64,000 nt of DNA, taken from the NCBI RefSeq assembly GCF_049645325.1, contig NZ_JBARTQ010000245.1:4447-68446 (forward strand). The letters run 5' to 3'. The translations under genes and the position numbers were made by a program. A model generated the notes under the pieces. It was not told where the DNA came from. It saw only the letters and a list, made by a program, of their open reading frames with translations, and did no database searches. Every line of letters begins with the position of its first letter. Within the stretch, counting starts at the first letter, position 1. Origin of the DNA: Pseudomonas sp. Lineage in GTDB: Bacteria; Pseudomonadota; Gammaproteobacteria; Pseudomonadales; Pseudomonadaceae. Shown here piece by piece: positions 48,201 through 54,883 of this stretch.

Positions 48201-50336
48201 AAGCTTCAGAGTGGCAAGGACCTAACCCTGGACAGTGGAGGGGCTATCACCTTTGAAGCTGTTAAGGACCTGCATCAGGAGAGTCACGAGAAGAGCAAAA
48301 ACAGCTTGGTTTGGACCAGTGCCAAGGGTAAAGGCACTACCGACGAGACGCTGCGCCAGAGTGAGTTGGTTGCGCAAGGGAAAGTTGTTATCAATGCGGT
48401 GGACGGCCTGAAGATTGACGTCACGCATGTAGATCAACAAACAGTCAGTCAGGCCATCGATGCGATGGTAAAGGCAGATCCACAGTTGGCCTGGTTGAAA
48501 GAAGCCGAAAAGCGTGGGGATGTCGATTGGAGAAGGGTTCAAGAGGTCCACGATAGCTTCAAGTATGACAACTCCAGCCTGGGGGGAGGCGCGGCGTTGG
48601 TGATTGCCATCATCGTCACTTATTTCACCTGGGGAGCGGGCGCAGGCCTCGTTGGTGCGGCCTCCTCAACCACAACCGGACTTGCCGCTAACTCTGTTGT
48701 TACTGCCGTGGCAGTAAAAGGTGCAACCAGCACGATTAATAACAGAGGGAATCTCGGTGATATCGCTAAGGACGTCACTTCCGGCGAGAGCCTTAAAGGC
48801 TACGCGATTGCGGGGTTGAGCGGTGCAATCGCTAAGTTTGCGGGCGTTACAGAAAGCCTGACGGCTTCAGACTTAGGTCGACAACTGGCCGTCAATTCTG
48901 CGTTGAGAACAGTAACGAGCGGCGGCAGCTTTACTAAAAATGTGGGTCAGGCAGCCATTGATTTAACCGCCAGCGTTCTTTCTGGAATGATTTATGAACG
49001 TGTTGGTACCGAATTAAGCGGAACAGGACTAAGCACCAAAGTGGCGGTGCATGCCATTGTGGGCGGATTGATCGCGGAGGCCGCAGGTGGCGACTTTGCA
49101 GCGGGCGCGATTGCGGCCGGTGCGAACAAGGCGCTCATACAAACATTCGGCGCTGAGATGTTTCCAGGCGAGGCGCATGGTCGCGTTCTTGCGATGACCT
49201 CACAATTAATCGGAATGACGGCTGCGGCAGGATTAGGGGGTACTGCGAAAGATCAGGAAGTGGCTGGGTGGGTCGCGCAACAAGGTACGGTTTATAACTA
49301 CCTTGAACATTCGGATGTAAAGTCTTTCGCGGCAGACATGAAAGGCTGTGGCAAGGACACTCAGTGTCAGCAAAATAAATGGAATAAAGAACGTTATAAT
49401 GAAGAAAGTATTTATAACACGGAGCATGCCCTTGGTATTAGCAGCTCGATGTTCGCCAAAGATAAGCTCCCTGGCGTAATTGTCGCGCTGGATGAGCTGA
49501 TGTCTATCGAGTGCCAGACAGATGTGTGTGAGGGATACAAAACCGAACTCATAAGTCGCTCTGTGCTCGTGGCCGGCCATTTGGCGAAACAGATTGCAGA
49601 CTGGGGCCCGTCCATGGATAGGCTGTCGTTATTAAATGGTGCTGCAACCGGTGGCGGTAAAGTCGAATCGAGGACACGTTTGCCGGGGGAGGTCGATCCA
49701 GCGGGTTTGGTTCAGCTTGAAAAGGCGATCAAGTATTTAAGGGATAATAAAGGCCCGTCTGGCTTGATTTCCGGAGAGACAAAAGTTGTCGGTACCGGCA
49801 AACCGGCCGCAAACGACGCGAGCTACAGTGTTCCCAAAGGATATACGCAGGGCAACGATGGGACTGTGACAGGGCCAGGCGGTGGGCTTTACAAGGCTAC
49901 CGGAACACTGGATGGCAATGGCAATCAGATTTACCTGGGCAGTAATGGCAACTACTACACCTTGACGGGCGAGCGATCAACGCGAATTGTTTCACCTAAT
50001 CCGTCGTCAGAAATCGGAGCAACAGGCAAGATAGGAGAAGACCTGCTCAGGCCGCTGGGTGGCCAGTCTCAAGTGACCTTTCAAACGACACAGGGAGCCC
50101 GAGTTGTCGACCAGTTAGCCCCCGGCAACATGGCTCATGAGTCCAAGGTGGGTTACACGTCGCTGGACGCCAATACCGCCCTTCAAGTCGCGAAAGATGC
50201 AGAGTTGCTAAGACGCGGTTTAGTCAATGGCGTAACATGGAATTTTTTCAAGAGCCCTGTTACGGGACGCGTTGGCCCTGCGGCAGCACTAGAAAAGGCA
50301 CTGACCGAGGCGGGCATTAAGATAAAGGTGCATTAA
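42237..50336 (+). CDS. cdiA: CdiA-like two-partner-secretion exoprotein (2,699 aa) with a polymorphic C-terminal toxin
   Basis: The TPS domain carries NPNL and NPYGI motifs ([44 protein letters not shown]). Long FHA-type repeats follow, then a DUF637-like pretoxin region, a VYNYL boundary at 49290 and a C-terminal PD-(D/E)xK-like module (VVD...HESK at 50109-50147). Confidence 0.9.
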   Translation: [2699 protein letters not shown]

Positions 50337-50338
50337 CA

Positions 50339-50917
50339 ATGAAGTTCACAACAGCCTATACGCCAGTTACAACAGCCTTTGCGTCTATGAGCACGAAGGA
50401 ACTCAATGGTTTTTATGAGGGTTTCATGCTCAATAAACCCTACTGCTTAGATGAATTAATTCAAGCAGTGTGGCAGACGCCTGGGTATGAGGATTGGCGT
50501 GCAGATTTCTCCCCGGAGTCTCTGGATCTATTAGCAGAGTGGTTGGCTTTTCAAATGACCAAAGTCAACCTGTCGTCAAAAGGCGACACACTCGCTGAGG
50601 ACTCAGTCGCCAGTGCGGCGGGCGTTGAGGTATCTGATATGTCCGATGAAGAAAGGTCTTTGGCTGTGTTAGTGGGTATGTATTATGGTGAGGTCGCTGT
50701 CAGAAATAACCCGTTACTTACGTGGTCTCAGTTGAAAGGCAATAAAAAGCAAGCGGATTATGGTCAGCCTGTTATCTCCGCCTCCGGGAAGCTCCCCACC
50801 AATCCGATGCGCGTGGTTAACGCATTCGCATGCGGCCTTGCTGACGGTTCAAGAACGAGCGCTCGACTTCGAGAAACCTATGATTATTGGATGGGGCTGA
50901 TAAATCAGGAGAAATAG
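50339..50917 (+). CDS. cdiI: Probable cognate CdiI immunity protein (192 aa, no recognised family)
   Basis: The ATG lies 2 nt after the cdiA stop. The gene is AT-rich like the toxin-encoding 3' end of cdiA. The call rests on position only. Confidence 0.6.
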   Translation: MKFTTAYTPVTTAFASMSTKELNGFYEGFMLNKPYCLDELIQAVWQTPGYEDWRADFSPESLDLLAEWLAFQMTKVNLSSKGDTLAEDSVASAAGVEVSDMSDEERSLAVLVGMYYGEVAVRNNPLLTWSQLKGNKKQADYGQPVISASGKLPTNPMRVVNAFACGLADGSRTSARLRETYDYWMGLINQEK

Positions 50918-50926
50918 AGTCGAATT

Positions 50927-50968
50927 AGGGGGCAGACCACGGTTTATATTAATGGCGGTCTGACCCCT
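50927..50968. repeat. ~42-bp imperfect palindrome, island repeat copy A
   Basis: AGGGGGCAGACCAC-GGTTTATATTAATG-GCGGTCTGACCCCT lies 10 nt after the cdiI stop. A near-identical copy is at 52204-52245 and a half-copy at 52660-52675. Confidence 0.85.
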
Positions 50969-51026
50969 ATTTCCTTATCAGTCGGATTATTGGAGGTTGC
51001 GGGCTCGGAGCGGGGAGTAATTAGAC

Positions 51027-51485
51027 GTGGACTATTCGAGAATAATTAATCTTATTAAAGAGTCGGATTTCGTTGAGTTTGCTGATTATGGTGACAGGAT
51101 TGCTGGTGAGTGGATTTATAAAGCTGAAACTCGTCTTGGGTTGAAGTTGCCTGATAGCTATAAATGGTGGCTGAAGTGTTATTCTGGCGGGGAAATATCT
51201 GGGGAGGAGATTTATAGTATCTACGAAATGGATTTTGATAGTGTAAGGGGTGGTGATATCGTTTATATATCAATCGTTAACGATCGAAATGGGTTGTGTG
51301 GGAAGGAAAGGCTCTTTATCTGTGAACCGCCGGGTGCAGGTGAATCATTTTATTTTGCCACGGACGATGGTCTTAATGATGGGGAGTATACTGTTTATAG
51401 GCTTGACCTTTCTGATCAAGCTTCTAGTTTGTATGCGAAAAACTTTATCGATTTTTTAGAAAAAAGAATAATTTCTTTCGGTTGA
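51027..51485 (+). CDS. SMI1/KNR4 (SUKH-superfamily) protein, orphan immunity-type
   Basis: 152 aa with a GTG start and GGGGAG upstream. The motif AETRLGLKLPDSYKWWLKCYSGGEI is typical of SMI1/KNR4. The gene is very AT-rich. Confidence 0.75.
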   Translation: MDYSRIINLIKESDFVEFADYGDRIAGEWIYKAETRLGLKLPDSYKWWLKCYSGGEISGEEIYSIYEMDFDSVRGGDIVYISIVNDRNGLCGKERLFICEPPGAGESFYFATDDGLNDGEYTVYRLDLSDQASSLYAKNFIDFLEKRIISFG

Positions 51486-51740
51486 ATAATGATTATTCGT
51501 TTAAAAATGGTTGAGAAGTTCTAGGTGCAAAGAACTGCGGAAAAGCGGGCAGATTTATTTAATTATCTTTGTTTAATTTACACAGATCTGTCCCCTTTTT
51601 TTGCCTCCAATGACGGGAGGTAAAGCGGCTAGCTATACTCCAGATCAGATCAGTACAGGGTTGCAAAAAGCCTACGGAGATATTGGCCGCCCTGAGCTTT
51701 TTAAATCGGTACAACATTTAATAAAATAGGGGTGTTTGTT

Positions 51741-52184
51741 ATGTCGGATAAACAAGTCTACGAACTGACCATTGATGATCTTGCTGATTTTGGTGTTTGG
51801 TTTTTTCCGATGGACGATACCGTAGAGGATGAGTTGACAGTGCGTCCTCTGGCCGAACAAGAAACTTGCTCAGATTTTCAGATTATTGTAAGAGCTAATT
51901 TTTTTGGAGTAAGTGGCTCTGTATATTCTGGTTATTTATATTGGGGTTCTGATTGTTTGGTTGAATACCTAAAGCCAGTTATCTTGTCGCAAGCGGGGGA
52001 AACCATCAGCTTTTGGAACGGTATAGTACAACCCACGTGGGATAGTTCTGATTTCTCCGATTTACTTAGATCCGATTTGCCAATTTCTTATGTTTCAGAG
52101 CCGCTCCTTAACCTTCCTTCGGTTCGTGGAAGGCTTGAGGGGCTTTATTATCTGGCTGGGGATCGAGTGTGTTGCGTAAGCTAA
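51741..52184 (+). CDS. Hypothetical acidic protein (147 aa), candidate orphan immunity protein
   Basis: AGGGG lies 8 nt upstream of ATG 51741. The gene follows an 11-nt gap after a short ORF stub, is AT-rich, and is followed immediately by palindrome copy B. No family was recognised. Confidence 0.55.
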   Translation: MSDKQVYELTIDDLADFGVWFFPMDDTVEDELTVRPLAEQETCSDFQIIVRANFFGVSGSVYSGYLYWGSDCLVEYLKPVILSQAGETISFWNGIVQPTWDSSDFSDLLRSDLPISYVSEPLLNLPSVRGRLEGLYYLAGDRVCCVS

Positions 52185-52203
52185 GGGGGAAGTTGAGGAA
52201 AAT

Positions 52204-52245
52204 AGGGGTCAGACCACGGTTTATATTAATGGTGGTCTGCCCCCT
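52204..52245. repeat. ~42-bp imperfect palindrome, island repeat copy B
   Basis: AGGGGTCAGACCAC-GGTTTATATTAATG-GTGGTCTGCCCCCT lies 20 nt after the stop at 52184. Confidence 0.85.
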
Positions 52246-52297
52246 ATTTCCTTCCTGTACGATAAATACCGCCCAGCAATTGAGTCGGAGAAAAAGC

Positions 52298-52633
52298 GTG
52301 AAAATTAATAAATGGTTTTTAATAGTATTGTTGTCGGCCTTGGTTGGTTGCGCACCTTCCCATTCCAATTGGGAAAATGGAATGAATCTCTGGATAGGTA
52401 CTCAGTTCGATTCCCACCTTTACAAAGGCTGCACGCGCGGATGTGGCGACTCATATTGGTCGCCTGTAAATAAGAATAAGACGTTTGATAAGGTTGTTGA
52501 TGAAAACGGAGGCAGGCGGTATTACATGACTTGGATTAGAGATTGTCGATATTCGGTTTTTGTCGCTGCGGATCGACTAATAAAGTCATGGAGATATGAA
52601 ACGTCTAACATAAAAGGATGTTATGTCTTTTAA
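52298..52633 (+). CDS. Small lipoprotein (111 aa), unknown function
   Basis: GGAG lies 7 nt upstream of GTG 52298. It has a lipobox (LLSALVGC) and is Cys-rich and AT-rich. The longer ORF from 52169 would read through palindrome B and is unlikely. Confidence 0.55.
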   Translation: MKINKWFLIVLLSALVGCAPSHSNWENGMNLWIGTQFDSHLYKGCTRGCGDSYWSPVNKNKTFDKVVDENGGRRYYMTWIRDCRYSVFVAADRLIKSWRYETSNIKGCYVF

Positions 52634-52659
52634 CTGCTGTCTTAAGCAGAGAAAAGTAG

Positions 52660-52675
52660 AAAATAGGGTCAGACC
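52660..52675. repeat. Half-copy (left arm only) of the island palindrome, copy C
   Basis: AAAATAGGGTCAGACC matches the GAAAATAGGGGTCAGACC arm and flank of copy B. It lies 27 nt after the stop at 52633. Confidence 0.6.
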
Positions 52676-52849
52676 CTGTTACGGCGGGAATCAATGATAT
52701 ACCTGCGCCGCTCAGAGGTTGCATTGCGGTGTGTGAATCGTTTGAATTTTCTGAACTGTCTTTTTGGCCCAGCGATTTGGTTGATACGTATTTTAGTCAG
52801 TTATATGTGTGACAAATAGCGAGGCCCACTGGTGTTGCGCGCATCAGTT

Positions 52850-52876
52850 GGGCGGCGCCAGGGCCGCCCGGCTTTT
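52850..52876. terminator. GC-rich hairpin at the right edge of the AT-rich island, possibly a bidirectional terminator
   Basis: GGGCGGC-GCCAGG-GCCGCCC is followed by GGCTTTTA on the + strand. It lies 3 nt beyond the stop of the convergent minus-strand gene. Confidence 0.45.
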
Positions 52877-52878
52877 AC

Positions 52879-53148
52879 TCAGGATGGATCGGCATTGAGC
52901 CTGCGACTGATGACGTCCAGCAAATCACACCCATCGCGCAGCGGAATGGCCAGCAAATGGGCGAAGTCTTGGAGCACTACGGCATCGCTGCTGAGCTGTT
53001 CGCGGAAGGCGAGGTTTTCCAGCAGTTGGGTGACGGCGCGAATGCGGAACACGGCGGCGTCGTGGAGGACGTCGAGGGGAGCTTGGGTGTCGATGAGGAG
53101 AGCGGGGACGGTGCAGTCGTGGCCCGTGAGGGGCATGTATTGATTCAT
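52879..53148 (-). CDS. Small hypothetical protein (~89 aa; possibly DUF3077/DUF6124-like)
   Basis: The ORF is 52879-53280. ATG 53148 has GAGG 7 nt upstream. The C-terminal helical segment (LDVLHDAAVFRIRAVTQLLENLA...LQDFAHLLAIPL) looks protein-like. The family call is tentative. Confidence 0.45.
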   Translation of the reverse strand: MNQYMPLTGHDCTVPALLIDTQAPLDVLHDAAVFRIRAVTQLLENLAFREQLSSDAVVLQDFAHLLAIPLRDGCDLLDVISRRLNADPS

Positions 53149-53566
53149 TTGAAACCTCGTTTTGATGGTTTGAGCCATCACCTGATCGTCGCCAAACGAA
53201 TAGGTGGCAGCTGTACGCAGGTTGGCGAACCGGAAACGAGTAACCGGCAGACCCGAAGGTCTCCCGCGCACAGCCGCCATAACAGCGACTCTGCAGGTGC
53301 AAAAAAGCCTGCAAAAAAAACGCAGAACGTTTTTGCACTCGTTATCGGGTCGCCAAACCCGATCGCCCTGTTTGGGCGACGGCCGGGACTATAAGCCCCC
53401 AACCCAAACCCACGCAAGGCGTCAAACTGATGGCACAATAACATCGCCTCACGTCTCCGCCATTCTTGCTGACACATTGGCGATGACTCAGCGCATCAAA
53501 GCACCCGCACCGGCCTCTCGCCGGCGCACCCAACCCGTTTCACCGTTAACCACAAGGAAGAAGTCC

Positions 53567-54043
53567 ATGATCAAGCTGTTCTGCAAAGCTGCTGTTGTAT
53601 TGTCCCTTGCCACCCTGTTTGGCTGCTCCTCGACGCCGTCGGTCGAGAAGATGCAGGCCGACGTGGCCAACTACTCGTTGCCCAAGGCCGCCGTCGCCGA
53701 TAAAGGCCTGGTCTATGTGGTACGCCCAAGCAACGTCGGGATGATGGTGCGCTTCAACGTGTTCCTGGATGACAAGGAAGCCGACTCGGAGATGGGTTAC
53801 AACCGTGGTAACCAGTACATTTATTTCTTCGTGACTCCGGGTCAGCACGTGATCAGCTCCAAAGCTGAAAACTGGGCCGACATGCCGATCAACGTCAAGG
53901 CCGGTGAGGTGGTTTACCTCAAGCAGGAAGTCGAAATGGGCTTCGCCGTGGCGCGCAACAGCCTCAAAGTGCTGAGCGATGTGGAAGGCCGTTACCTGGT
54001 CAAGGATGCGTCCCTGGGCACCGTGGCAAAAGAAAGCAAGTAA
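53567..54043 (+). CDS. DUF2846-family lipoprotein
   Basis: AAGGAAGAAG lies upstream of ATG 53567. It has a lipobox (LATLFGC). The segment GLVYVVRPS...FNVFLDDKE...VTPGQHVISS...VKAGEVVYLKQ is typical of DUF2846. The 5' extension of the ORF to 53204 is Arg/Pro/Thr-rich junk. Confidence 0.75.
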   Translation: MIKLFCKAAVVLSLATLFGCSSTPSVEKMQADVANYSLPKAAVADKGLVYVVRPSNVGMMVRFNVFLDDKEADSEMGYNRGNQYIYFFVTPGQHVISSKAENWADMPINVKAGEVVYLKQEVEMGFAVARNSLKVLSDVEGRYLVKDASLGTVAKESK

Positions 54044-54120
54044 TCTGAACAGGCGTTAAGCGGCCGGGCCCTGTGCTCGGCCGTTGTCGCTGTTAACTCC
54101 CCAAACATTAAAGGACTGAT

Positions 54121-54816
54121 GTGAAAAACCTCCTTTTGATCCTCCTCTCTACGCTCATCCTCGGCGGCTGCGTCAGCCAGCCTCTCACCCCCGAGCACCG
54201 CGCCCAGGTCAAGACCGTCAAAGTGCTGCCCGTGAAGTGGGAGTCGCAACAGATGGTCTACATGGGCCGCGAACAGGCCTGGGGCGCGGCGGTCGGTGCC
54301 GGGCTCGGCGCGGGCATCGGCATGGCGGCCGGGGCATCCAAGGTTGGCACGGCAGCATTGTCGGGCGCGGGGTTTGCGGCGGGCATGAAGGCCGGCGAGT
54401 TGGCCGCGTTGCCGACGCCTACGGCGATTGTCGCGCTGGTCAACGCCGAGCAGATTGATGTGGGTGTGTTGCTCAAACAGAATTTTATCGACGCCTTGGG
54501 CAAGACTTCGTCACTCAAGGTGGTAGGCGACGATGAACCCGCCGATGCGCAGATTCAGCTCACCGTCACGGAGTGGGGCTTTCGCCTGACCCAGGGCTTC
54601 AGCAGCGTGGTGTACCCCACGCTCACTGTGGTGGCGCGCATGGACCGTGGCAGCGAGATGCTCTGGCAAACAGTCGAGACGGTCACCCCGTTCAATGGTC
54701 AGAACGTCTACGGCTACACGCCAGACACCTATCGCACCGACCCTGTGGCCCTGCGCCGTGCGCTCACGGGGATTACGCAGATCTCCAGCGGGTATCTGGT
54801 GAAGGAACTCAAGTAG
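54121..54816 (+). CDS. Lipoprotein with a glycine-zipper segment, unknown function
   Basis: 231 aa with a GTG start and a lipobox (LILGGC). The segment GAAVGAGLGAGIGMAAGASKVGTAALSGAGFAAGMKAG is present. Confidence 0.7.
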   Translation: MKNLLLILLSTLILGGCVSQPLTPEHRAQVKTVKVLPVKWESQQMVYMGREQAWGAAVGAGLGAGIGMAAGASKVGTAALSGAGFAAGMKAGELAALPTPTAIVALVNAEQIDVGVLLKQNFIDALGKTSSLKVVGDDEPADAQIQLTVTEWGFRLTQGFSSVVYPTLTVVARMDRGSEMLWQTVETVTPFNGQNVYGYTPDTYRTDPVALRRALTGITQISSGYLVKELK

Positions 54817-54883
54817 CCCTGCGCGTGAATACGCCGGCTGCGTCATGAGCCGCAAGGCATCAACCCATCATCAAGGATGATCA

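Noticed and set aside
51672-51860. A minus-strand 62-aa ORF in the CDI island, along with 51055-51273 (-) and 52108-52368 (-).
   Set aside because: They are antisense to better-supported + strand ORFs that have RBSs. AT-rich DNA gives chance ORFs with Lys/Ile/Asn/Phe-rich translations.
53204-53566. 5' extensions of track ORFs. Examples: 53204-54043, 61526-62479, 60079-61752, 38062-39528, 39306-40013, 24663-25445, 14339-15364, 12697-14412, 52169-52633, 33635-36175, 4633-6876.
   Set aside because: The extensions overlap upstream genes, REPs or palindromes, or encode low-complexity Arg/Pro strings. Internal starts give proper RBS spacing and signal peptides or lipoboxes.
53281-53566. A possible small RNA or riboswitch in the 286-nt spacer upstream of the DUF2846 gene. 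It contains the inverted repeats GTGCAAAAA...TTTTTGCAC at ~53297-53338 and GTCGCCAAAC...GTTTGGGCGAC at ~53350-53385.
   Set aside because: I only see two modest hairpins, with no recognisable riboswitch core, promoter-terminator pair or conservation evidence. It is more likely divergent promoter or operator DNA.
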